Virus record (IMG/VR): IMGVR_UViG_3300016744_000001
Reading direction: 5' to 3' (one strand)
Length of the DNA stretch: 64,000 nt
Origin: a virus
Taxonomy: Duplodnaviria > Caudoviricetes
This document shows, piece by piece, positions 48,674 to 58,765 of the stretch; position 1 is the stretch's first letter; each line of letters opens with the position of its first letter. A program made the translations under genes and the position numbers. Under the pieces are notes generated by a model. That model ran no database searches. It saw only the letters and a program-made list of their open reading frames with translations, and was not told the origin of the DNA.

Positions 48674-49277
48674 TTTTCAATTGCCAAACGCAATCCTGTC
48701 AACAATTAAAAATGCTACCAATATCAAACACTTCACCAGAGAAACCGAAATTGAAAAATTTATACGAGACAAAGAAGCACTGGAAAAAAGTGCTAAGTTT
48801 TCAATCCCTGGTGGAGTTGTCTACACACTGCATCCAGATCGGGGTGGAATCATTGTTAGAGGGAAAATTCCGGGTGCGTTTGAACGGTTCATGTCAGAAT
48901 TAAATTGCATCAAGTTCTTTGGAACCGAAAGACCAGCAATCGCTGATGGCTCCACTCTTGGTGCAGTTTGTAGCCATCTCACACTGAAACCACTGGTTGA
49001 AGTTTATCCGACACATCAGGAACAATTGCTTTCATGGTACGGTGGCTCAAACGGTTACCTGTGTATAACCTTGAAAGAGAATGTTGATGACCAGCGGCAG
49101 GTTTTCAATTACTTACGGTTACAAAGACCAGACAAGCAACAACCAGAAAGCTTGACCGTTCATTTTGCTAAAGACATGTTCGCATTATCAATGGACAATT
49201 GGAATCATTGGGAACGAATCATGGACCATGTCTACGACACACTGCAAAAATGCGGGGCACAGGGTCTTTGCAGTTAA
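48666..49277 (+). CDS. Hypothetical protein, paralog family
   Basis: AGGAG RBS with GTG start; FALSMDNWNHW motif. Confidence 0.7.
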   Translation: MHSFQLPNAILSTIKNATNIKHFTRETEIEKFIRDKEALEKSAKFSIPGGVVYTLHPDRGGIIVRGKIPGAFERFMSELNCIKFFGTERPAIADGSTLGAVCSHLTLKPLVEVYPTHQEQLLSWYGGSNGYLCITLKENVDDQRQVFNYLRLQRPDKQQPESLTVHFAKDMFALSMDNWNHWERIMDHVYDTLQKCGAQGLCS

Positions 49278-49291
49278 ACAAAAGGATCAAT

Positions 49292-49807
49292 ATGATTCAG
49301 ACCGCACGAGATCGAGTGGATGATGCCGATGGCTTGGTGATCCATAGCGACGACCAGGATGAAATGGGCAGCTTCTTAATGGCGTTGCACTGGGACCGGC
49401 TGACTTGGACAAATCGTCATGGTGATTTTCGGCTGATCGCTCCAGATGGGGCTGAGCTCAAATACATCACCCAGCAACAAGCGTTTACCGCTTCTCCTGA
49501 AGAACTAGCCAAACAAATGTATCTTCAGAGCTTTGCTGGTCTTGGCGGATGCAAATGGAAGTGCAGTGGATACCAGGGAATCGGATTGGTCATGAAAGAT
49601 CATAAACATCAACCAAATTTTCACGTCTTTGTGGATTGGTTGATGTTTACTGATGAAGACGGCATCATTCCTGGTTACTTCAAGTTGAAGTACGATATTG
49701 CAAAGCAATCACTATTCGCATTAGCTTCCCCATCTTGGGGAGTATGGCACGACTTCACTGGGCACATTGATGATATCCTTAGTAAAGTCAAACACGAATA
49801 TGAATAG
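49292..49807 (+). CDS. Hypothetical protein, paralog family
   Basis: AAAGGA RBS; FALASPSWGVW motif. Confidence 0.7.
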   Translation: MIQTARDRVDDADGLVIHSDDQDEMGSFLMALHWDRLTWTNRHGDFRLIAPDGAELKYITQQQAFTASPEELAKQMYLQSFAGLGGCKWKCSGYQGIGLVMKDHKHQPNFHVFVDWLMFTDEDGIIPGYFKLKYDIAKQSLFALASPSWGVWHDFTGHIDDILSKVKHEYE

Positions 49808-49845
49808 TGTCATACCTGTGGGTAAAATTACCCACAGGTATGACA
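49808..49845. terminator. Long-stem hairpin
   Basis: TGTCATACCTGTGGGTAA-AA-TTACCCACAGGTATGACA. Confidence 0.7.
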
Positions 49846-49889
49846 TTCTTTGATACATGAATGTTTTTCTTTTTTCAAAGGATGCGACT

Positions 49890-50609
49890 ATGACTCCCAA
49901 TCGAAAAAAAGCTGAAGAACTGATTCTTAAAACTGTCAAGACAATGGAACCCAATGGTACCAATGCTGACAGATATAAAGCGACATTTGCACAAATGTCG
50001 GATAAAGAGTTTGACCAGTTCATGAAAGAACTTCGTGACGGCAAACGAAAGCTTGTGTTCTACGCACCAAACATGAAAGTTGTTCTGAGACAAGCAGATC
50101 TGATTGCTGCCGCAGAAGACGTGGGAGCAGAAATCTTCACTCGGATAACTTTCACTGATCCGATTACTGGGATTGCTTATCAACCTTCTGATAAGATCAT
50201 GGTGCTGAAACTCCCGGTACGTCGTACTCGACAGTACAACAAACATGGTATCTCAGTACCAGACAGTGACAGTCGTGTCGACATGACCACTGGACAAGTG
50301 ATCAAGCCAGACCAAGCGTCGCGCTTCTCATTCATCGAGATGCAGCTGTTGTATGGTCGTGGGATGACAAGCACCATTCAAGAGTTCATGAAAGTTCGTG
50401 GTGGTGACATTCCGGCATACGCTCAGTTTAAGCAGTCGCTGCAAGAAACTGGCGAATTCTCATTGTCATCACTTGATCCGAACACCGTTCCTCGTAGCAC
50501 GATGACAACGTCGTTGTTGTTCAAGTGCATGGGGATTGACACCAACTTGGTTGAAGGAACTGTGGACCGAGACCATGAGACACATTCGCTTAGGGTCAAA
50601 GCCAACTAA
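49890..50609 (+). CDS. Virion RNA polymerase beta C-terminal subunit (phiKZ gp149-like)
   Basis: LPVRRTRQ...ISVP...DMTTGQV...SFIEMQLL...EFMKVRGGD corresponds to the RpoB C-terminus. Confidence 0.88.
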   Translation: MTPNRKKAEELILKTVKTMEPNGTNADRYKATFAQMSDKEFDQFMKELRDGKRKLVFYAPNMKVVLRQADLIAAAEDVGAEIFTRITFTDPITGIAYQPSDKIMVLKLPVRRTRQYNKHGISVPDSDSRVDMTTGQVIKPDQASRFSFIEMQLLYGRGMTSTIQEFMKVRGGDIPAYAQFKQSLQETGEFSLSSLDPNTVPRSTMTTSLLFKCMGIDTNLVEGTVDRDHETHSLRVKAN

Positions 50610-50618
50610 GGAGCAGTC

Positions 50619-52130
50619 ATGGCTGATTACACATCAACATCGTCAAATCAACTGGCAGATGTTCCTGGGATGCCTACTGGGAACACACTGATCACTCAGT
50701 TGAGTTCAGCCAGAACAAACCTGATTTCACTGATGAGTGGCGGGCAGTCATCAACAACACTGTTTAACTCGTCACCTGATATCGCCAAGTCATCTTTCAA
50801 TGACACCAGTGGAAACTTTGTTGACTCTAATCTGGTGCGGAATACTCGGACAGGCAATTTCAGTCCTGATGTTCCTCAGAATTTGGTGAATTACAATAGT
50901 GCGAACAATAGTTCGTTGTCAGCGTTCATGGTTGGTTCACAAGGCTCCGCAAACAATCCATTGACTTGGGTAGCTGGTACTACATCCAAGTCAATCAATG
51001 GTATTGACCTTCCCACTGGGATAAAGAATCTCACTGGGCTGAACACCATCATGAGTTCTGGTCAGCTGGCGAAGCTTGCTGGTCTGGGAAGTGAAGCCAC
51101 CAGCTCAATCAAAAGTGCCTTGAAGTCAGTAACCGGTAGTTTATCGGAACTGTGGAGTTCTGGTAGTGCTGCCATGTCTGCCGTGCAGTCTGGTATTCGT
51201 GAAGTCAAAAAGAACTTGGTTGAACCAATCCGCGACCTCACAACAATTGCAGCGCTGGCAACAAATCCTCGAGCCCTTGGTCGGTTAGCTGCATCCAACG
51301 TTGACTTTCTACCTAAACCACTGCAAGCCATCGTGAGCAATGCTGTCGCTACTCAAGCGTCATCCTTACTCGGTGGAACAAACTCAAAGGTTAAGGATAT
51401 CGCAAAAAAGGTTTATGCGATTGATACCTTGATGAGTGGATCTGGTGGTACTTCTGGGCAGCTGAACAACCTGATGGCGTACAATCCATACGGCTACAGT
51501 AGTTCTTACTACCCGACGCTTTCTGGTCAAGGTGGTTCGTATGTTCCTGGGTATTCATCATACCGAGGAAGTGAAGCTGACTATGCTCAGATGACACAAG
51601 CTGTAAACCAGCTCTGTGGAAAAGACACAGTCAAACCTAACTACAACAGTTACAACGCGAACAAATCAGCTTACGACTTACTGATGCAGTACGCCATGAA
51701 TACTGGTGCAGGGCAGATCATCAATGCCCTGATGGGTTGTGCTGGTTCGCAGTATTACGACTCTCGTACCAGCAGCATGATGTACAATTCCTCATCAAAC
51801 ATCGCTTACAACGGTGATGCTTACACGTATCGACAGATCATGCAAGCTGGTGGGGTAGGAAATTCACAAAATCCACTCGGTGATATGTTGGGGCTTTATG
51901 CGAATAGCTCGTATAATGCCAGTAACCAAGAAGACATTGACACGGTCATGCAACAGCATGGTTACACACCAACTGATCTTGTCAGTGGTGGCCAGGTTGG
52001 TAGTTACGATGTGTTGGATGCTTCAAAAATGACGGTGCTTCAACAAGGTGATCCCGCATTCTACAGTCAGTGTGCAAATGACGCTGACTACGCTGCAGTC
52101 AATGTTGCTACACTTTACTACGCCGACTAA
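50619..52130 (+). CDS. Ser/Gly/Asn-rich putative virion protein
   Basis: 503 aa; AAGGAG RBS; composition typical of structural proteins. Confidence 0.55.
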   Translation: MADYTSTSSNQLADVPGMPTGNTLITQLSSARTNLISLMSGGQSSTTLFNSSPDIAKSSFNDTSGNFVDSNLVRNTRTGNFSPDVPQNLVNYNSANNSSLSAFMVGSQGSANNPLTWVAGTTSKSINGIDLPTGIKNLTGLNTIMSSGQLAKLAGLGSEATSSIKSALKSVTGSLSELWSSGSAAMSAVQSGIREVKKNLVEPIRDLTTIAALATNPRALGRLAASNVDFLPKPLQAIVSNAVATQASSLLGGTNSKVKDIAKKVYAIDTLMSGSGGTSGQLNNLMAYNPYGYSSSYYPTLSGQGGSYVPGYSSYRGSEADYAQMTQAVNQLCGKDTVKPNYNSYNANKSAYDLLMQYAMNTGAGQIINALMGCAGSQYYDSRTSSMMYNSSSNIAYNGDAYTYRQIMQAGGVGNSQNPLGDMLGLYANSSYNASNQEDIDTVMQQHGYTPTDLVSGGQVGSYDVLDASKMTVLQQGDPAFYSQCANDADYAAVNVATLYYAD

Positions 52131-52134
52131 GTTA

Positions 52135-52166
52135 TCTCTAGCTAGGGGAAATCCCCTAGCTAGAGA
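52135..52166. terminator. 15-bp stem hairpin
   Basis: TCTCTAGCTAGGGGA-AA-TCCCCTAGCTAGAGA. Confidence 0.7.
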
Positions 52167-52222
52167 GCTACTATATATTTTATTTTAAACAAACTATAAA
52201 TACTCTATATGCGAATCGGAGA

Positions 52223-52230
52223 TATATTAC
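52223..52230 (+). promoter_or_regulatory. Early promoter motif TATATTAC
   Basis: Exact consensus upstream of the operon containing the nvRNAP subunit, as expected for early transcription. Confidence 0.75.
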
Positions 52231-52243
52231 TATACTGCTAGAA

Positions 52244-53488
52244 ATGTCTCTAGTGTTTAGTAAGGAGTCATGTATGTCCCCGGTTCAGGACTATCACCAG
52301 ATCCAAGTAGATCAAAAGGAGAATTATCTTTTTGATCGGGCAAGAGGGCACCTAGAGATCTCCCACTACATCTTGAACGGAACGAAGCTATTGCTTTATG
52401 TTCGAGATGCGGCAGGCGGGATTTTCAAAGTGCCACCACGCCCATGCTGTTGTGAACAAGGCAATGTCATTTTGGTTAACACAGTGTACACTGAGTACAT
52501 TGATCAAATCAACAACAAACAGACAGTGACCAGATTCAAGATTACCCCATCAAGAGTCGGCACTGGAAGAATGGTTTATGTCAGAGAACTTGGCATGTAC
52601 GTTTCTTCAGATCCGGAGATGCTCAGGAAGCTTCCACTCATGGAGGTCACACCTGATGTCGCCAAGAAAGCTCTGCTCAGTGCGGAATTGCACCGACTGA
52701 GACAATGTCCGATTCGGATCATTCTGCATGACCCAAGTGAAGCATTGCGTAATGTGTACGGGATCATTGACAATCAAATCTATAGAATTCCAGTTGTCAA
52801 AGATTCAAGGTTTGGTGGTGACTGTATCATTCAGTTTGCCAGTAAATACGAAAATGAAGCGGAGTCTATCTACTCGTTCGACATTGATGAGTTGAAAGCT
52901 GCGTTCCAGTCGTCATCTGGTTGCATGAAGCCTGAGATTGGTGGATACAATTTCCTGATCTATCCAACTTTGGTTGATGCTGAAGAGTATGTCACTACCG
53001 TATTGCGCAATACTGACAAGAAGCTGATGCTTATTGGACAGCAAGAACGCGAGAAGCTTAAACAGACGTATGATTCCAAGATTGCGGGACTTGAGGACGA
53101 CATCCGTAAAAAGGATGCCCTGATTAAAGAACAAGATCAAGAAATCCGTGGACTGAGAAAGCTCATGGACCTGACGTCTGAAAAAGAAAAGCGTGACTTA
53201 CAGTACACTACGTTTGAGCATCAAGCCCGGATTCAGGCACTGGCAAGAGATCGGGAACAGGCAAAGGTCGAGAAAAGCGAGAATGACCTTAAAGTGTCCA
53301 ATGCAGCTACTGGTGCAGCAATCGCAAAAACCGCTGCGGTAACTGTACCGATCGTGCTTAGCGCCGTCGGCTTGTACCTATCAAAAGGTACAACCACAAA
53401 TGTCATCCCAGCGCTCGGGGCAGTATGCGCTATTGGGGTGTTCATCATCAACAGCTTTTCCTGGCTTTCGAGACATTTCTTGTGTTAA
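52244..53488 (+). CDS. Coiled-coil protein with two C-terminal hydrophobic helices (phiKZ gp122 position)
   Basis: AAGGAG RBS suggests start MSPVQ; precedes the nvRNAP beta gene. Confidence 0.65.
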   Translation: MSLVFSKESCMSPVQDYHQIQVDQKENYLFDRARGHLEISHYILNGTKLLLYVRDAAGGIFKVPPRPCCCEQGNVILVNTVYTEYIDQINNKQTVTRFKITPSRVGTGRMVYVRELGMYVSSDPEMLRKLPLMEVTPDVAKKALLSAELHRLRQCPIRIILHDPSEALRNVYGIIDNQIYRIPVVKDSRFGGDCIIQFASKYENEAESIYSFDIDELKAAFQSSSGCMKPEIGGYNFLIYPTLVDAEEYVTTVLRNTDKKLMLIGQQEREKLKQTYDSKIAGLEDDIRKKDALIKEQDQEIRGLRKLMDLTSEKEKRDLQYTTFEHQARIQALARDREQAKVEKSENDLKVSNAATGAAIAKTAAVTVPIVLSAVGLYLSKGTTTNVIPALGAVCAIGVFIINSFSWLSRHFLC

Positions 53489-53512
53489 CCAAGTGACAGA
53501 GGAGAGTAGCAA

Positions 53513-55192
53513 ATGGCAGATTTGTGGGACAAAGTCATTGATGGGGTAAACGAAGAGTTCCCCAACTTTGATCAGTATTCATTAAAAGGGCATCGTCAAG
53601 GTGAAATCAGAAAGATCCCACAGTACTTTGACATGGTCTTTGCCGAAGCAGCTCGCCGTTACGGATCAAATCCAGATGGCACCCCAGTGGTCAAGTACAT
53701 TGGCCATCGGTTCCTTACACCTGAAGAATGCATCAAGATGGATTGTGACAATCCTAAGTATTCTGGGTGTGTCGATATCCTTGTCACAGAGGCAAATCTC
53801 TGTGAATTCATCTTCGAACATAATGGAACAAGATTTGCAACCCAAATCTATATTCCTTATCTTGTTGATGATGCCATCATCATCAACGGATCAAAGTACT
53901 ATGTCATGTTCGCTCTTACGGACAAGGTGTTCTATCACATCGTCAAAGAGCAAGGTATCGGGATCAAGATCCTTTGCGGCCATCTGCGATTCTGCAGAGG
54001 ACATCGGCACAGCTTCTACTCTACGATCGGTAATATTTACGGCGACCACATCATCACAACGAAGATCCACTTGCGGACGTATCAACAAACTGCCGAGGAT
54101 CAGAAGACAGCGTTGCTGTTGTACCCGTTGGTCAAATTTGGATTGAGGGAAACCTTACTCCGGTATAAAATCTCCCCTGATCATGTCACTGTCACTACGG
54201 TGCATGATGAACAAGATGAGGAATTCGAATACTTCTGTATCCGGCCGGATAACGAAAACGGTAACGGCCTTTACATGAAAGTACACAAAAGCATCTTGCG
54301 TACTCAGTTCGACACAAAGGATCGCCTGAAAATGCAGGTGATCGCTGCGCTACACTACATCTTGCAGTACTTCAATCTCTGCAAGAACACGATGTATGTT
54401 AACAATGTGCAGGTTGTTGACGCATTGCTGAATGACCCGCTGTTCATGGTCTACAAGGTCATCCTGGGTAAAGCTACCTTTGGGATGAATTACGAAAACG
54501 AGATCCAAGTTGCGGGCCACATCAAAGATCATCTCCAGTCACTGGAGATCTACATGGACCCCGAAACCAAAAGGAAACTTGCTGGGATCGGAGTCAGATG
54601 TAACGATGTCTACGACCTGATTCAATATGTCAGTGAAAACATCGACAAGTATGTCGCCAACTATTTCCCATCCAACATCTACAACAAGCAGCTCAATGTG
54701 CTCGATCTGTTGCTGGGTGGTGCAGTGAGTACGTTGTTCACAAGGATCTATCGACAGACGAATAACCGAAAAGGTGATCGGCCGTTTACCCTGAACGACG
54801 TGATGTCTTCATTCAGAATCCCCAATCGGGTCCTGATGAAGATCTATAACTGCAATGGGCTGATTGCCAGTAATCCATCAGTCTACAATGACAATGGATT
54901 GATTGCGGCATTTGGCCGACGCAAACGTGCAACATTCACCACAAAGATTGGCGGTGGCAAGGCCTCATCCAAGAAAAGTGGTGGGGACCAGAACCTGTTA
55001 CATGATCCAGCTCACAGAACGCATTCCTCCATGTTCGTTGTTGAATCTGGTAGCCGTGTGCAAAACACCGATCCAACAATGAGTGGTACGATCAATCCGT
55101 GGTGTCAGTTTGACGAAAACGGAAGTGTGGTCGTCCCTGATTGGTTGATGGAACACGTCAAGAGCTATGACTCCTATGTTCAGAGCCGATAA
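53513..55192 (+). CDS. Non-virion RNA polymerase beta N-terminal subunit (phiKZ gp123-like)
   Basis: YIPYL...IIINGSKYYV...LTDKV and HSSM...GS...P...GTINPW motifs. Confidence 0.85.
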   Translation: MADLWDKVIDGVNEEFPNFDQYSLKGHRQGEIRKIPQYFDMVFAEAARRYGSNPDGTPVVKYIGHRFLTPEECIKMDCDNPKYSGCVDILVTEANLCEFIFEHNGTRFATQIYIPYLVDDAIIINGSKYYVMFALTDKVFYHIVKEQGIGIKILCGHLRFCRGHRHSFYSTIGNIYGDHIITTKIHLRTYQQTAEDQKTALLLYPLVKFGLRETLLRYKISPDHVTVTTVHDEQDEEFEYFCIRPDNENGNGLYMKVHKSILRTQFDTKDRLKMQVIAALHYILQYFNLCKNTMYVNNVQVVDALLNDPLFMVYKVILGKATFGMNYENEIQVAGHIKDHLQSLEIYMDPETKRKLAGIGVRCNDVYDLIQYVSENIDKYVANYFPSNIYNKQLNVLDLLLGGAVSTLFTRIYRQTNNRKGDRPFTLNDVMSSFRIPNRVLMKIYNCNGLIASNPSVYNDNGLIAAFGRRKRATFTTKIGGGKASSKKSGGDQNLLHDPAHRTHSSMFVVESGSRVQNTDPTMSGTINPWCQFDENGSVVVPDWLMEHVKSYDSYVQSR

Positions 55193-55230
55193 ACAGACAG
55201 CTTAAACCTCAGCAGAAAAGGTGGAGCACG

Positions 55231-56940
55231 ATGGGTGGAATATTTCATCGGTATACTGTTGGTGATCGGGATACAACGAAGCTTATCTTCGATATCATTG
55301 CCGAGATCCTGCATCAAGCCATCAATGAAGGTGACCTCAATCGGAATGATGCAAAAGTCATTTACGAGGAGATGGAAGCTAACATTGGTGTGATCAATGA
55401 TGACTTGTACAATTTCTTGCGGCAAGGTGATACCACAACTGAAAATGAACTGGTTGAATTTTGCGGTAAAGAAATCAATAAGTTCATCAATGCGATCAAA
55501 CGAAGTGTGCAGAACAGCAACAATAACCGTGGGCGTCAGTCCGCCGGATTTAGCCGCAATACCTACAATGGTAACGGCTTGAAACTGACTGATCGCCGTG
55601 GTGGCAGCAGCCGAATCTTTGGTTTGGCTGGTGGTGGCGATGACAAATATAACCAGGACCCGGATGAAGTTGAGTCTCGCAAGACTAGCCGTCTGGCGTC
55701 TGAAGCGTCCAATCGTTCCAGAGAACGTGAACGTCAGATTGGTGTTGGTCGAGTGCGGGACAACACTTCGGTGGAACCTCCCATCGAGATCCCGAAACCC
55801 AAAGCGGTACAGCCTGGGGTAATGTTGTCTGAAGACTATGCATGTGTGGAATCTCTCTCCGCCACGGAATGCACAATCCAAGTCACACCACACGACGCAG
55901 GGACAGCCGAAAACATGCTGTACGAAGAAATGGAACACGGGGCGATCTTGGCTGATGGTGCTATCTCGATTGACTTCCGTGAAATCGAGATCAACTGCCC
56001 GTTCATGTCGGTTACCAATGTGATCAACATGCTGCGCTGGTCAGACAGCATGATGTTCAATCCGGAAGCGTACTGTCACATCGTGCATTTTCCCAAACTG
56101 TCGTTTGCTCCGATGCCCAGAATGGGTGACCAGCTCCTGGAAGCAGGTCACGCAATCAAGAAGCTGTACATGGAAAACAATGGCCGGAATACTCCGGACA
56201 TTCTGGCTGACATGTCAGCAGCACTTAACCAGTGCAATCCGACTGTCCGGACTGTGATCCAAGCCCGTCTGCTGAAGCGCTGGAACACTGTGGCCAAATG
56301 CTTGTTCCCGATCCCGGAAGCTCCCAATGACTACTTGGCTGCCACCAGCTGGGAACACCTCATGCGGTTCTTCTCGATTAATTCGAGCAGCACAGCGATT
56401 ACCGACCCGATCTTGCAGTCGATCAAGACCAAGGTGGATGGGTTCATCAAGATGTGCGGTAAGGAATACTCGTCTGCCGTCAGCGGTGTGATGAACCATT
56501 GCCTGGCCAGCTTGTACGATGATGAATACGGATTCTTGGATCTTCGCAAGAAGAATCTGGAATACCTTACCAGCTGGGATGCTTGTCCCATCTGTGTGGA
56601 CAAGAAGTATCGTCCTCGTGATCTGGGCAAGATGACTGATGATCAGAAGAAAGCCCTTGGTGGAATGTTCCATCAGGACTACATCTGTTTTACAGAGCGG
56701 ATGTCATTCATGGTCACCAACTTGAAGCTGGATGACATGCTGGTTCACCCGACAGTCAACCATATTCTTGCTGGTGACATTCCTTCTGGTCAGGTGTTGA
56801 AGTCCCTCAGCATCAACAAGGACTACCACCACTTGCTTTACAGCATTCCCCAGATTGGTGCTACTCCTCAGTACGTTGCCCACGTTGGGGCATCAATGAA
56901 CAGGGCACTGCAGATGGTTCGTTTGCAAGACAGCTATTAA
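55231..56940 (+). CDS. Hypothetical protein
   Basis: 569 aa; GGAG RBS; disordered R/G/N-rich segment. Confidence 0.75.
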   Translation: MGGIFHRYTVGDRDTTKLIFDIIAEILHQAINEGDLNRNDAKVIYEEMEANIGVINDDLYNFLRQGDTTTENELVEFCGKEINKFINAIKRSVQNSNNNRGRQSAGFSRNTYNGNGLKLTDRRGGSSRIFGLAGGGDDKYNQDPDEVESRKTSRLASEASNRSRERERQIGVGRVRDNTSVEPPIEIPKPKAVQPGVMLSEDYACVESLSATECTIQVTPHDAGTAENMLYEEMEHGAILADGAISIDFREIEINCPFMSVTNVINMLRWSDSMMFNPEAYCHIVHFPKLSFAPMPRMGDQLLEAGHAIKKLYMENNGRNTPDILADMSAALNQCNPTVRTVIQARLLKRWNTVAKCLFPIPEAPNDYLAATSWEHLMRFFSINSSSTAITDPILQSIKTKVDGFIKMCGKEYSSAVSGVMNHCLASLYDDEYGFLDLRKKNLEYLTSWDACPICVDKKYRPRDLGKMTDDQKKALGGMFHQDYICFTERMSFMVTNLKLDDMLVHPTVNHILAGDIPSGQVLKSLSINKDYHHLLYSIPQIGATPQYVAHVGASMNRALQMVRLQDSY

Positions 56941-56945
56941 GCAAT

Positions 56946-56981
56946 AGGTCACAGGGCTGGGATATCCCAGCCCTGTGACCT
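56946..56981. terminator. 36-bp perfect palindrome
   Basis: AGGTCACAGGGCTGGGAT|ATCCCAGCCCTGTGACCT. Confidence 0.7.
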
Positions 56982-57012
56982 GAATGTGTGTAAGTCAGGT
57001 TATTTTTGTCGC

Positions 57013-57020
57013 TATATTAC
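57013..57020 (+). promoter_or_regulatory. Early promoter motif TATATTAC
   Basis: Exact consensus about 52 nt before ORF 57073. Confidence 0.7.
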
Positions 57021-57072
57021 CAGCTTAGTGAAGTTGTTCATGACCTTTTAACCTAACTGTGGAGAATCCGCA

Positions 57073-58698
57073 ATGCTTGAAACTGATCGCAGAACCAACA
57101 ACAAATTTGTCCCGATCATCCAACACATCGAAACTGTCAACAAGCTACTGTACAAGTTGTACGCAATGCTGTACAACCAGGTGGTGACTTTTGAAGTGAA
57201 CTTGCCGTCTTCGTCGGAGTACTACAAGTTCAGCAAGCTGTTCACGGAATTCAACGACAAGATCAACTTGAAGTTGATCTCTGAAAACAAAGGCAATCCA
57301 GAGCCTATCCAGATCAGCTCGCTGTTCAACTTGATTGCGTTTACATCAGACCGTGAGGGTCTGGACGCCACCAAGTTCTTGATCAGCGTCGGTGTTGATC
57401 ACAAGTACGAAGACCTGATCTTCGGCTATCGTGAGACAGCACTGGAACTTCTGACGAAGGTGGTCACTTATGTGTCCAGCGTAAACCGCAATTTTCGAGC
57501 CACACTCGAAGATGCTGCTGGCAACACCACTGACGTTACAGCTGAGTTCAAGCAGTTGGATCGCTTAACCAGTGAACGTCTCCCCAACCTGTGCGAAATT
57601 GGTGCTCTTGACCTTTTGCACATCGTGCGTTGCACGGGTGCTGATGAACCAAAGTCAACCGCTAAGGCTGTTCACACCACAGAACCTGCCACGGTGGACG
57701 TGACTTTGACAGACTCCCACCGGGCAATCATTGAAGAGCTTCGCAAAGGCCCAGCCACGTCCACACAGCTTTGCCAGATCTTCACACATTCCAGTAGTTT
57801 GACCAGAGAGCTCTTGCGGAACCTTTATCAGTTTGGCAAGATCGACCGAGCTGGTCGCGCCCAGAAGACTTTCTATTTCTTACCGGAAATGAAAGATTCG
57901 GATGTGGTCAAAAACTTCAAGCCACTTCCTATTCTTCCATGCGAGAGGTTCACTTTTCCAGAAATTCTGGAAGCATGCTTGTCAGAACTGGAATTGAACA
58001 TGTCCGATGTTGTTCGGGAGGCGGTTGACGAAAAATACGGTGACTTTCGGCAACTCCAAATGGTTGGGGAAAAGCATACCAAAGAACGGTTGACCCAGCT
58101 GACCGTTCAACTGACGATGGTGCTTGACAATTGGAAAACCACGCTTGACAAACCACTGTATCGCCGTTACTCCATGCTGGTGACAAGGTTGTTGCTTGCT
58201 TGGCCTGATGCTAAGCTTCTGACGATCGTGGATGCCATCGTGTGCAATCCAAGGACTACGATTGTGGCCTTGTCAGAAATGCTGAGCAAAGTTGGCATGC
58301 CCACCACGGCAAAACGACTGCATGCTCTCTGCAGATTCCTTGAGAAACTGCATGTCATCAAGATTGAAAAAGCGACCAAGACTTTGTTCCTCTCTGGTTT
58401 GGGAGAGAATGAATTCATCTGGGCAGACACCACCGCGATGACCAGTCCTCAGGTATCTGAAATCTGTGAATTTGATTGCTGTGACTTGTACAAGCAGTTG
58501 CGTGCCGATCCTGAGTTCTTGACGGACCGGGTGGTCCGTGAGAAGTACACCACCAAAAAGCAGTACAACTATTCTGCGTCTTACGGCCTTACGGCATTGA
58601 TGCTCTACGGCTTTCTGATTCGGAAAACACCCACGTATTCTCACCCTGGGGAATATACATTGACCCCTGTGGTGGTCAATGCCCAGGAAGACAAGTAA
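57073..58698 (+). CDS. Early protein with probable winged-helix domains
   Basis: AIIEELRKGPATSTQLCQIF...LRNLYQFGKIDRAG...YFL pattern, plus a second similar unit. Confidence 0.6.
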   Translation: MLETDRRTNNKFVPIIQHIETVNKLLYKLYAMLYNQVVTFEVNLPSSSEYYKFSKLFTEFNDKINLKLISENKGNPEPIQISSLFNLIAFTSDREGLDATKFLISVGVDHKYEDLIFGYRETALELLTKVVTYVSSVNRNFRATLEDAAGNTTDVTAEFKQLDRLTSERLPNLCEIGALDLLHIVRCTGADEPKSTAKAVHTTEPATVDVTLTDSHRAIIEELRKGPATSTQLCQIFTHSSSLTRELLRNLYQFGKIDRAGRAQKTFYFLPEMKDSDVVKNFKPLPILPCERFTFPEILEACLSELELNMSDVVREAVDEKYGDFRQLQMVGEKHTKERLTQLTVQLTMVLDNWKTTLDKPLYRRYSMLVTRLLLAWPDAKLLTIVDAIVCNPRTTIVALSEMLSKVGMPTTAKRLHALCRFLEKLHVIKIEKATKTLFLSGLGENEFIWADTTAMTSPQVSEICEFDCCDLYKQLRADPEFLTDRVVREKYTTKKQYNYSASYGLTALMLYGFLIRKTPTYSHPGEYTLTPVVVNAQEDK

Positions 58699-58709
58699 CT
58701 ATCAACAAT

Positions 58710-58739
58710 AGCAGCAGCACGGATGTCCGTGCTGCTGCT
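58710..58739. terminator. Hairpin between convergent genes
   Basis: AGCAGCAGCACGGA-TG-TCCGTGCTGCTGCT. Confidence 0.7.
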
Positions 58740-58765
58740 TAACTTTAACTTAGGTCAGTTCTTTT

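Noticed and set aside
55231-56940. Chimallin candidate by size
   Set aside because: No recognisable chimallin features or expected neighbours; cannot be supported without a search.
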